A stretch of DNA of 64,000 bases from Ascidiella aspersa (Eukaryota), in assembly GCA_963924565.1 (NCBI GenBank), contig OZ004609.1, positions 24,304,001 to 24,368,000 on the forward strand. The letters run 5' to 3'. Of this stretch, positions 51,588 through 63,744 are shown one piece after another; the first letter of the stretch is position 1; each line of letters starts with the position of its first letter. Under the pieces are notes generated by a model that saw only the letters and a program-made list of their open reading frames with translations, did not search any database and was not told the origin of the DNA. The position numbers and the translations under genes are program-made.

Positions 51588-53830
51588 ATGGTGGCCCATG
51601 ACTGCCATCCTGTGTTTNNNNNNNNNNNNNNNNNNNNNNNNNNNNNNNNNNNNNNNNNNNNNNNNNNNNNNNNNNNNNNNNNNNNNNNNNNNNNNNNNNN
51701 NNNNNNNNNNNNNNNNNNNNNNNNNNNNNNNNNNNNNNNNNNNNNNNNNNNNNNNNNNNNNNNNNNNNNNNNNNNNNNNNNNNNNNNNNNNNNNNNNNAG
51801 GACTGCCATTCCCATATAAAACGCATTACGGTCGGACCATCACTGCCATCATAGAATACTTGAGTATATGCAATTTTCTATTGTGTGCTGTTTAAGTTCC
51901 AAGCCAGCGCATGGAGGTTTGCCACTATATTCAGTAATATTCGGCCCTTAAATTAAAATGTGCCCTAAGTGACTTACATAGGGTGATAGCTACGAGTCTA
52001 CTCTTCAAAATGAGATATGACTCGACCGCCAATTATTCGGGGATAAGTTGTTAATATTCCTTCAAAAATTCATAAACGTCGAAAGTTTCAAATTTTGTCA
52101 AAACGTTTATAGGCTGCATCACTTAAGTAACCTGACCGATCCGCCCTATAGCTGACATCACCGCGAATATAGCGATGACAAAAAAACTAAAAGTCGCTAG
52201 GTCTTTTATTCTTATCGTTGGTGATAAGACAATCGGTTACTCGATGCGGTCACAATTTAATGCCACTTCTTTTAACTGTTTTCTCTTAATCTTCATCATT
52301 TTAACTCTACTCCTCTAAACGTTGTCTTCTACACTCGCCTCTTCTCTAAACTGTTTCTCCAACTCTTCCACAAGCTCTTCAACTCTTCCTTCATATTTCC
52401 ACAAAGTGTTCCCCCTGCTCTTCCCCCAACTCTTTATCCAACTATTTCTTCAACTCTTTCACCAATCATGACTTCTAATTTTTCTCCAAATTCCAACTCT
52501 ATAATTACATCAGCTCTGTAACTAATTCTGATTCTTTTGCTAAACTCTACCTCACACATTGTGGATAAAATGATCGCATCCCTGTCTTAAGTGCCGGAAG
52601 TAGCCAACAAGCTTGTTTTACGCATGTTACCAGCACGTAACGTGTAATCGGTGGTCGGCGTCAGGGTTTAAGTAAGAAAACAGTTAAAAGAAGTGGCATT
52701 ACATTGTGACCGCATCGAGTAACCGATACCATCGATAAGAATAAAAGACTTTGGCGAATCGGGGTGTTTAGTTAGGGGTAAGAAGGCTGCTGGCTCTGAA
52801 GACGAGAGCCGACGGCTGCCTAGTCTCTTACAAGTTCTTAATCCGACTCCAAAGGAGCAGGCCGCTAGAATACCTGTCCTTAACTTCTTGTACTCTCTAG
52901 ACAAAGACGCTTCACTCAGTAGATGTTGCCCGTCGAGTATATTAACAAATCTCAGCAGTACATACGATAAACGGAGCGGTGATTCAAGCCGCTATTAGTA
53001 AGACGTATAAAATAGAATGAATGCGAAACGTTGAAAACGCACAATTCGGCGTTAGGTCACGCGTCAGTGAACAACGGTCACGTGTATAGTGACGTCAAAG
53101 TAGGCTAAATGCTACAAAGACATAGCGACTTTTAGTTTTTTTGTCATCGCTATATTCGCGGTGATGTCAGCTATAGGGCGGACCGCGCAAAACCAACTTA
53201 AACCTGATAACAACTTGTCAAGGTTTTGATAAAGCCTGATTAAAAGATCGGCCAGGTTGCTGAAGTGATGCAGCCTATAAACGTTTTGACAAAATTTGAA
53301 ACTTTCGACGTTTATGAATTTTTGAAGGAACTTATCCCCGAATAATTGGCGGTCGAGTCATATCTCATTTTGAAGAGTAGACTCGTAGCTATCACCCTAT
53401 GTAAGTCACTTAGGGCACATTTTAATTTAAGGGCCGAATATTACTGAATATTAATATTCATAAATATGAATATTTTTATGTTTTTTTTTTTAAAATCAGA
53501 TTTCTGGCTAAGTTAGGTTGCTTTGAGTAATGTGTAAAAAATTCTAATCGATATCTTGTTTACTTCCGGAGATATTACGCAAAGAATTTCGAGCTGCCAA
53601 TTTCCCTTTGGTGAATCCCACCAGAAGGCCTAAAAGACTAAGTGGCAACCTCCATGCGCTGGCTTGGAACTTAAACAGCACACAATAGAAAATTGCATAT
53701 ACTCAAGTATTCTATGATGGCAGTGATGGTCCGACCGTAATGCGTTTTATATGGGAATGGCAGTCCTGGGCCACGTTTTTTTTTTTTTGTTAAATTGAAA
53801 AAAAACAGGATGGCAGTCATGGGCCACCAT
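51588..53830. mobile_element. Foldback-like non-autonomous DNA transposon with very long inverted arms
   Basis: Termini ATGGTGGCCCATGACTGCCATCCTG / CAGGATGGCAGTCATGGGCCACCAT, with TSD AGACAAGT at 51580-51587 and 53831-53838. ~51800-52200 is the near-exact reverse complement of segments within ~53123-53766. Confidence 0.88.
51618..51798. other. Assembly gap (N run)
   Basis: Run of n characters. Confidence 1.
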
Positions 53831-55616
53831 AGACAAGTTTATCAATTTAACTTTACTTTGTATAACAAAGACTTGACATGGAATTGACTTAATTGCTGTA
53901 AATTATGACTTGACTTGTTATTTAAAAAACTTGACTCAGACTTAACTTATTTTACAAATGACTTAACTGAGAGGAGTATTGCTTGGGAAGTTTTAAAATC
54001 TTTTAAAAATCGCTTAACAAACCTACATTGCAAAATAAGTATTTATCATTACCACACTTTAATTTAACGTGATTTTAATATAAAAACGTACATACAAACG
54101 AACAACTTTTGTTAAAATCGTGCTGAAGTTCGGTTAAAATATGAGGCAAAATTAACTCGTCGCAAAACCAATGAGGTTTTAATCGCAAAAACAATTTTAG
54201 TTTAAGCTCCATTTTGCAGTGCCACTATGAACGAACGTAGCACACTCTCTCTATCGTAGAAATCTCTCGTGGTATGGAGAGAAGCGGGTTTCCTAAAGGG
54301 CGTAAATCATGCGCCGTTGACTAAATTAGGGTTGAAAACTCTGCAACAAGACATACATCTGTAGAGGAGCCATCTAGCATAAAGGGTAATCTAAATGCCA
54401 GTTGTGAGTAAGGTATAGTACCAACTATTAGAACGGATTATAACTTATAAGCTTGGACTTGTGCTTAGGTAAAATAAATCGTGAAGAACAATATTTTCTT
54501 ATAAGCTAAGAAGGTAAAGTGCCCCAGTAGGTATAGCCATAACGAATATCCAGATTCGAAAAAAAATATCTAAAAAGTAGCGTGTTGTGTTCCAATATTA
54601 TCCACATGGTTTTAGGAGTCAAGGTTAAGAAAAAAAGAAAAGATTCAGGAAAAACAGTGAAGGGTTACGCATCAATTCTTGGAAGCGATCTCGACTCGTC
54701 GCTTGTAGTGCAAACGGGCATTTACTCGCATACTACAATTGAGCGAATTTACATTGACAAGACTTTCGATTTAAAGGTGACCAAGGTTCCAAAGACAGCG
54801 TCGTTAAAATGAAAATAAATCGTAAAATTGATTCTCGTTTATTGATGCCAAACTGTTGTGATTCAAGGATTGTAATTCAAACTATACCACTCGATAATAC
54901 TATCATTACTGTGTTAACTGTATTTCTTTATTTATCTGTATTTCTTTATTTATTTGTGAACACCATTCAGGAGCAAAATTTTTGCCTGGCAATTTTATAA
55001 ACATATAGTAGGACGTTTTTTTTAAAGGTTTTCGGTTGAAATGAGTTTTTATACAATTGTTCAAATTGTAGCTTAACTTTAAGTTCGCGCAACCAACACG
55101 CATGACGCATGTGGTTTTCATATTGTATTGTTTTTTAATGTTCAGTGTACATTATTACTAGTCTATATTTATTATTGGGATTAGACACTTCTCTCAATCA
55201 GCACTGCATTAAAATAATGGCACCGTATAGTTTACAATTCCGGACGCCAAAACGAAATGTTTTAAAAATGTCAGGACTGTATAAAGATCTTCGCCACATT
55301 TTATCACAAAGGTTTACATGAAAAATCTGCGACTGTTTTGCTGTCGACAATCCAAATTATGCGAATTTTTCAAATTCATGCAAAAATGTATTTCCATTTT
55401 TCAAAAAAGCATTTTGAATTCACATAAGAAATAATTATTGCGTGTAACAAGGTTCTTCAAAAACGTACATGGCAAAACAAGCAAAAAGTAGCAGTAAGGA
55501 CAACAAAATACTCTGGACACTCACATGTCGTTCCCTTTATGCAAGAAAAACAAAACACAAAACTGAATTTCTGTAAGCGTTTCTAAAGCACGCGAAGCGC
55601 TGCATCTAAGCTACAA

Positions 55617-58600
55617 TTAAACCCAATGTTGTTCGTTGCGCAAAAGCGGTTGATTGGGATAGGTGATGCCGGGAATGAAGTACTCCATCCAATGGGTCGA
55701 ACCGTAATCGAAGTCGTACGGATCCCACTCCATGGTAATATGTAAAGCAGATCGCTCGGGCCCAGCAATGGTAGCAGGGCGTCGTCTTGGGGACCGGCGC
55801 ATCAAACTCGGGTGGTGCGCGAGGGGTTGCAACAAAAACGGAGGTTTCCTTGAAATTATTCGACAAGAGGGAAGTATTACAATCTCGGAAATCAGTATTT
55901 TTCGTGGCGTTAGGGCAGTCTTTGTCAACCTTTTATAGCTGCATGGCGGCACCCCTCAGAAATAATAAATATATTGCAGCACCCCTATAAGATTTTTTCG
56001 TAGGTAATTCACTACAATATCACAATAAACGGATTTGGAACAACGCACATCAACTCAACACAACGTAAGAAGTTATAATTGAGTTTATTCCACTCTAATC
56101 TTACACAAAAAGTCTAAGAGTTGAGCTAAAATCAGATTTTTAAAGATTACCAAATATGTCGCGGCACCCTTGAGCATTAGAAATGGCACTCCAGGGTTCC
56201 GCGGCACCCCGGTTGAGAACCACTGCGTTAGGGCTTTAAGCAACAGTTTGTTTGGTTGCTCCAAAAAGGGCGACCGTATTCCTACTTTTAAGTCAGTGCC
56301 AAGCTACGTTTTTAAAGTTCGGCGGTTTACTTCGCCGCGTGAATATTTGATTGGAGTCTATTTTTTTTACAGGGCGTTAACTTTTCGCAATTACACTATT
56401 ACAATGTTCCAAGCGACTAAAATAACACTTTGAAAAACTAACTTAGCTTTATGACGGAGGCAAATTCGTATGTAAATAAAAAAAACGAATATCCACGCGT
56501 TTTTTTTTATGTCAAAGGATAAAACCGTACAGATAAAACGTAATGAAGCATTACAAACCCAGATGTTTTGCTAGCATCAGCCTGGTTCAGAGAAGCAGCC
56601 AGATTAATCCGCGGACTCGGCCTTCTTTTGTTTTTGCCCCTTGTCGATTGACCCCGTGTATTCATCGATCCCGGCAAGGGACCGTCTCCCCTCTTTTTTT
56701 GGAAATGGGTGACGTTCATACTCGAGTAGTCAGACGAGACAATTCTCATTTCAACCCCTGCGCTCGCTCCAAAGTCGCTGTCGAAACCGGGCCCGTCACT
56801 GACATCACTGTTTAAAAACTTATTTATGAGATATGGTGCAAAACGGCGTATAGCGCTGACCGTTATTTACACAAGAAGCCCATTTTAACTGCGAAACGCC
56901 GCAAACTAGACCAGAACCCTTTTGAAGATCTATCGGCATTTTGAATTTTCCTAGAATCCTATACTTATAGACGGTTGTATAAGACATTGCCGAGGTTTAA
57001 ATGGCACTTATGGCCTTAGCTATCGGGTCTTAAAGCTCTATCTAAACAACAAAAGATCCTTGGCCCCTATTTTTCTATAAATAAAAATACTTTACACAGA
57101 CAACAACTCGGTGTAGGATACGTTTGCATTGCTTAACAGGAGGCTAACCTTGTTATGAAAAGCGCTCGACGTCACTGAAATATCACAAATGAAATGTACA
57201 TTTCTAGATTATTATATCAAACTAATACCCGGGAAGCAGCCTGTCGTTGTCGACCACAGTACACGGGATAAGGCTATTGTTGTTTAAAAGCTGGCCGCCC
57301 TCGAACTGAGCCAGATACTCAGGCGGACATTGCAAGTAGCCTTCCACTGGTAGCTGCTGGTCGTTACCCAAGAAGACCGAGTCGTCACTTGCGTCGCTGT
57401 ATTCCGGATGCTCGCGCAGACTTTCCAAGGGCGTTATGCCTAAATAAACAAAATTATTATTGAACCGAGGTTTCATGTGACATTCGTCTATCTACATTGT
57501 TATTACGGATTGATAAAGTCAGGACAAATTGTACTGGTAGTTTTTAGGCTTTGCGTAACAGGCAACAAGTATATTTTGCGTAACAGGCAACATAATATAC
57601 AAAAATGGGTATTTTTTTTATTTTTAGCTATTCCACTGATTCTTGAACTCAGTACCGCGGTACATTTTAGAAAATATATTTTTTGTGTTACAAATAGGCT
57701 TACAGGAAACATTCAATGCAACATTAAATACACCCCTCAATATAACCGATGATATTGTGGTTATTACCTCTTGTTCGATTGTCAAGTTATAGTAATATAA
57801 TTGTTTTATAGATAATGTGCCTCGAAAATTATTTGATTTTCTAAGTGCGCATAAAGCCAAAAAAGATTAACAACCACTGGTCTATACTATTTAGGTAACT
57901 ATGCACTTGATTTGCTTTTGAAACAAGGAAACTTTTGTAATTTAAGTGTAAAATATTTTAGGTAGCTTACTGCAAAACGTATATGCGGAAAAATATACGA
58001 AATTTTGATAATGAAATGAAATAATCTTTACTAATTTGCGTATTATACTGTGTCCAATACCCGCGTCACACGTATACAATTTATGACGATTGATTGCAAT
58101 ATACCCACTACAAGATCTTGTGCGAGATGACATAGTGCGGGTCGTACCAAGGATTCCAACGCAAATTGAAAAAAAGTATATTTATAATTACCTGATAAAA
58201 ACTGGCTGTTGACCGAATTGGGTGGCGCGTCCAGGGTGGCCATCGTAGCGTCGTTGTGCGTCACAGGTCCCGGCACAGACATTTCGTCGTATAGTTGCTG
58301 CTGTTCATGCTGGTGGCCGCTTGTCGCGTGCGGCGCGTCGTACATCGTGTCGCGCGCCACCGAGTCGCACCGACTGGACGCGACAATGCTAATGGGGGCG
58401 CTGCGGAGCGAAATGGTGGACATCTCGGGGCAATCGAGGATTTCCACGCTGTTGCTGACGCACTGGAACCCTGAAGGCTTGGGAAATCGTGAAGCATGTA
58501 GGCAGTTTAACACAGAATTATCAATCGAATAATAAACTATTAATTATAAATGTTAGTTAAGTACAAATTGAAAATATTTTAAAACCCTTGAAAATTGATA

Positions 58601-60118
58601 AGAAACAAAGTATTATCATATTAACTTACCTCAAGCTACTTCCTACATAAAAATGGTATTGCAAACCATATGACGGCTCTTATAAAATTAAACCGCCATT
58701 CAAGTATCCCTAGAAGTTTTTCCGTGGTCCCTTGTGGGTTAAAGAAGCACAGGTCAAAATTCACCATAAGTACCTCACGTTTTTACGTGTAACGTCCATC
58801 AACTAAGTACCGTTATGAAACTATAAATATAGGCCTATATATATACAAACTGTAAATATATAAAAAGTAAAAGCTAAATTTGAACCCCTTCCTTCGATAC
58901 GCTAGATTTATCTCACAAATACTTTGGTATCAGAAAATTGATATATAAATTCCAGCTACGATTTGCTATTCAAAGCAGTGATTTAGTACTTCAAAGGTTA
59001 ATTTATCAACACATATAGCCAGTTAACAACTACAGGCAACTAAATTTATTACGACGAAAGCAAATTTTATCATATAAACCTGAAAATATTTTTGAGCACA
59101 GTAATGGCATCATTTGGTATCGAATCGGACGACTTTTGTCAAAAGTATCGGTGTCAAAATTAAAAAAAAATGTTCGTATCAGACATTCCTAGTGTTTTTT
59201 AAATGCTCGCCTAACACAATTACATGTCACATATTAGCAACCAAACGTACCTTGGTTTCGGTGGCATTTTGTGCGTCGATTGCGAACCGCTCCTTGGAAG
59301 CGGTTGACGTGCAAGCAAAAAATGTTGGGTCACTTGCCGCGGTGGCCACTGATCGGCGCTGCTCGTATTGACTTGCTGCATCTGTACAATTATAAAAAAG
59401 GTAAGAAAATCATGATTTTTGCTTCACCAAATTCATTTACACATTTAATACAGAACTGAGTTTAAACTTTTTAAACGTATGATAAAGGCTAATTTTATTT
59501 GTGTTGTCCTGTCGTTCAGAAATACTTCAAAGTATAAAGTTTTGAAAATTATTGTAAAAAAACACTTTTGAACGGATTTTTAACACATATTTAATAGAGC
59601 TAAGTGGGTGATAGTGTTCTTTACCACGACAAGTTCGATTGCCGATGACAAATAAGACCTTTCTAGTATCCAAGCGGCAAGCATTTGACCCACCTGCAGT
59701 CGTGCCTTTGTTTAGCGGAGGCAAGGTTGGTCGCATGGAACGTTGCGAGAAGGTTCGAACCGGTTCGATCCGGATTTGTTGCTCGTTGCGTCGTCCACCT
59801 CTGCTCATGTACACGATAGGCGGCGCTATGGTTTCGTACATCGATTCTTCAAAATTAAATCTGCAAAACGTATATACGGCATAGGTGTTGCACGGGCTTC
59901 GGTAAGGGGTCTGTTTCATAATTTTTTTACGAAAAAGCTGCTTTTGCTTGAGGTATGTAGTCTATAAAAACACGCAATTTCAAGACAGCTATGAGGAATA
60001 CATTTTTGCCTTATTACCTGTTGGTGAACGATTTTCTGTGTCCTCTTCTTTTGAATTTTTCGCTTTTGCTTTGTGACGAACATTTTGCGCAAGACAGTGA
60101 ACTCATTTTGCTTCCCAT
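55617..60118 (-). CDS. Uncharacterised ~458-aa, largely disordered protein with predicted N-myristoyl anchor and multiple Tyr motifs (putative membrane-tethered adaptor), 7 exons
   Basis: Exons (minus strand): 60118-60018, 59860-59694, 59381-59251, 58477-58192, 57439-57229, 56807-56559, 55848-55617. All are GT-AG and phase-consistent, totalling 1377 nt. The protein begins MGSKMSSLSCAKC...KFKRRGHRKS and ends MEWDPYDFDY...NEQHWV*. Confidence 0.75.
55916..56225. mobile_element. hAT (Buster-type) MITE in the last intron of the adaptor-like gene
   Basis: Termini CAGTCTTTGTCAACC / GGTTGAGAACCACTG, with a perfect TSD CGTTAGGG at 55908-55915 and 56226-56233. Confidence 0.8.
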
Positions 60119-61189
60119 GTTCCTTTGCTACTCGAATTAACTGCATCACTATTTTCTCAGTTACCATTCGCCCTTATCATTGCTTTTTTATCGCAAGTGT
60201 GCATCAAAAATTCTGCAAAATATGAAACACCTTCACAGGAAGCCGATATTTCTTTCGCAGTTGTGTTTATTTTGTAACAAAATTTGTTTGACTGTTTACA
60301 AAAACAGAGCCTAACTTTTCCCTCTATCAGATGATGGGTGTTTATTGTAAGTTTATAACCCCCAAATATGCGTCAGCAAAATATATCTTAATAATCAATT
60401 TGACGGCCATAAAAGCCGCTCATCAAGCTGACTCCAACAGTAAAGTTATACCTCTTCACTACCTTGTTCATCGCTCAAGTTGGCAGCAGAAACTGAACCG
60501 CTCTCAGTTCGAAGGTGTAAGTCAATTGCAACGTTGTCTGATAAGAAATCACGAGACACGTTGAAACCTTGGATTTTTGCCCGAAGCCGTCTCTTCTCAA
60601 TTTAAATCTGCTACCCAATGATATTATGAAAAGTAGTTCTTGTAGACTTAAAAACCGTAAAAAATTTTGACGTAAAGATTTTAGATACACGAAAATCGCA
60701 TTAAAAGTGACGAAAGGGGCTTGTTGATTGTTTTGACTAACTAAAATAATAAGTGTACCACTAAACCGTTTACATTTTCAATCGCTTTTATTTTTTGCTC
60801 GTTCCAGACCTTTGGTGCAAAGTTATTACATTCTACACCCATGTTTATCATATTTATATGACCGGGTTTAGTAAACGGCGACCGTAAAACCTCGAAAAGC
60901 CCGTTACAAAATGAAACAAAATGCTAGGTCTGTTTTTTTATTCTGCACAACTTCAAAGTTCGACAAGTCGACGTCTATTACAACACTTTTTTGTAGGTGA
61001 GCGAAGATTTTCGTTAAAAGTTTGTGAAACACCAGTTCAGCCCGTAAGTAGCAACCTTGTACCAAGTTCTACGAGACAAATACTTAATGAAAGCGTGTAT
61101 ATGACAGTAACCGAAGCCCTTTGAGGCATACCTTAAGCAAGCGAAACTCGAAAGGTATAAACTATACACAAATGCCAAAAGGGGTGGGT

Positions 61190-63519
61190 TCAACACAGGT
61201 GGGACAGAAAGAGGGCGACGAAATCTCCCACGGTTTGCGTGTCGGCGTGCATGCTCGCCTGCGACCGACATGTCGTCATGTCCCATGTGTCAATCACCGT
61301 GACGTAGGACAGATCGCGGAAGACGCGTCGCAGAACGCGATCGGCGCGCAAGTAGTACCACTCGCTTACTATGCCGGGCCACGTGCCATCGAAGCGAATG
61401 TTGCCGCGCAGGAAAACGGCGACGTCTGGCCGGCGTCGATTCAGAGCCACGACGGCCGCCTTGATGGCGTTGGCTCGTTGCAGCAGATGGACCGGGTCGT
61501 ATTCGAGGAAGTGCGCGCCGACGTTGAGCACAACCGCAGCGTCACCGTCGCCGATGCTCGCCAGACTTGCAACAATCGACGGGTGGCTCTCGGGCGGACC
61601 CGGGTTGTTGAAGCGGTTGCCGTGGCCCTTGTAAAAGAGTCTTGCAACGCCGCGCGCATCCACGCCAAACCTTGGCATCGACCAAAAGCGTCGCGTCAAA
61701 GGCGAGTGGACGTCCCTGAGGTCGAGAGCCTTGGCCAGCCCGGAAACGAACCACTGGCGCATTGTCGAGTCGCCGAGAAAATGGACCGACTTCTCTTTCA
61801 GGCAGCGTTTGGCGCCCGAGATGTCCTTCACGGAGTTCTTGCAAAGCAGCGAGTGCCAGACGTTATCTTGGTAAAACCCGGTCGGAAGGTTTCGGTTCTC
61901 ATTGTTATTTCCCAGAATGCATTTCGGCAATTCCAAATCCTCTGGCTTCTGGCCAACTTCTGACGTAATAACGTGCGAAGCACTGTCCTTAATTGGAACC
62001 TTCCAGTTTACCTCGGATGTGAACAGCGGATGACTTCCCAACTCGAACGACGAGAGCGTAAGTCGCGGCAGGTTTGTGACGTCATCGGGGCACGTCACGT
62101 TGTCGGGATTGGTGCAAAACCAAGTGATGCCCTTTTCGCGACTCGAGAAGTCGCAAACAGGGCCCGTATAATTTCTGCAACATATTTTTGTTTTAAGCGT
62201 TAGTTAAGATCCCCTTATGTAAAGCTACAAGTTGTCATTTTATCGATATAGATTTTAAACAACCTAAAGTAAGGTAATTCGACCTGAGTCTATTTTGCTG
62301 CTGAACATTTCTAAAATAATTTAATTTACAGAATCGGAGACAAAGGATTTTAGGTCCATAAAATCCGTTTAAGAGTAACTTATTTTGTTATATAAATTTC
62401 GCCATTACACAAGCATCGCTCCAGCAGTTTGACGCGGAACCACGAATAGGTCCTCAAAACGCCTTTTTTAAGGCAATTATATATATATATATGAATATAT
62501 ATACATTAGTTTAACGTCGCAGTCCTGTGCCGGTCCAGTGTCGAACTTGCAGCGAGGACCGTAAACTTGGTTCGTTAGCGTGGCTGTCCTTTCAACCAAA
62601 TCTACCACAGCTTCGCTCGGGTGAATGAGTGTGACTTCGAAGACACTTCTTCCGATCCAAGGCACCACGGTTCTAAGCTCGTAAACTCCTTCTTGTTCGT
62701 AGGAGATGATGCAGGAAACAGAATCATCAGTCGCGCTTTCGTGTTTATCCAGCCTCACAAGTCTTAAAAAGTAATACACCAGTATATAGTTTACACCAGC
62801 GCTCCATACACAAACAAATGCTAAAAAACGTCGTCTAGTTAAAAGAAATGTTTTTTGAAAAGCTTTAATGCAATACAAAATTAAAAAAAATTAAATCAGA
62901 AATTTAGCTATGGATTGAAAAAAATGATTATCGCTGACCTGTTGGTCAATATCGTTACCAAAGTATAGTCATATCAAAATATGTAGCATTTTTAGATAAT
63001 TGTAGCATATTCCTACCTTGCTCGAAAATGATCACCGCCGTAGGTTTTCAGTTCGCCCCTGAAGTTTCTGGTTTGAATATATCCGCGAACGTCCTCGCCA
63101 ACACGATAATTGGTCTTTTCCAAGTGAAGCGTCGTCGACTTGGGGTCGGTCGTTTCGGCAAGCGGAACCGGCCACTTTATTGAACCGTTTTCTATGTTGT
63201 CAAGCAAGTCCTTTAGATCAGGAAAGAGCTCTCTCCAAAACGCTGAGCCGAAAGTCGGGTCGACGTCTGGCAGTGGAAAAGGTGGCGCGCTAAACGGATC
63301 CGGAATCGTTAAATTTTCTGTCTTCGCGTAAAGCAATACTTCAGCTAGAAACTTTTCATTATTTTCCATAAGCTGCGTATCGTCCAGATGGACTCCATTA
63401 GATTTATCTCCATGGCTGATAGAGTAACGATGGGCCACTCTCGGCCAGTGAGTCAGCATGAACAAAGACGCAGCTAATTCCAGCAGGAATATTACAAGCA
63501 GTATATTTATTTTTCTCAT
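61190..63519 (-). CDS. NXPE (neurexophilin and PC-esterase domain) family protein, ~581 aa, 3 coding exons
   Basis: Exons 63519-63017, 62762-62505 and 62174-61190 (1746 nt, phases consistent). The protein has an N-terminal signal anchor, YRVGE...KTYGGDHFRAR, TLIHPSEAV, WFC, FLGDSTMRQW (GDS nucleophile motif), NVGAHF, IDTWDMT..MH and a C-terminal FLSHLC. Confidence 0.9.
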
Positions 63520-63541
63520 TCTTTGGCTGTACAGAAAGATG

Positions 63542-63744
63542 GGCGCTGGTCTAGAATCCTACCACAGTTCTAAAATCAACGCAAAAAATTTGAGTTAGCA
63601 TGCGGGTTAGCGTTTGGGTGTGGGTGGGTCAAGTATTATTATATTCCAAATTTAATAATAATACTTGACCTACCTTAACCCAAACGCTAACCTGTACCCT
63701 AACCCAAATGGTGTTTCGTTGTGGTAGGATTCTAGACCAGCGCC
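63542..63744. mobile_element. 203-bp MITE (GG-starting TIR, 8-bp TSD; Merlin-like)
   Basis: TIR GGCGCTGGTCTAGAATCCTACCACA / TGTGGTAGGATTCTAGACCAGCGCC, with TSD GAAAGATG at 63534-63541 and 63745-63752. Confidence 0.9.

Noticed and set aside
51555-51854. ORFs spanning the N run
   Set aside because: Artefacts of translating the assembly gap.
52290-52550. Purine-rich minus-strand stretch resembling a Glu/Leu-rich coding remnant inside the foldback element
   Set aside because: No ORF of 60 aa or more and no transposase motif.
61121-61963. 280-aa plus-strand ORF
   Set aside because: Antisense shadow of the GC-rich NXPE exon 3, with no motif of its own.
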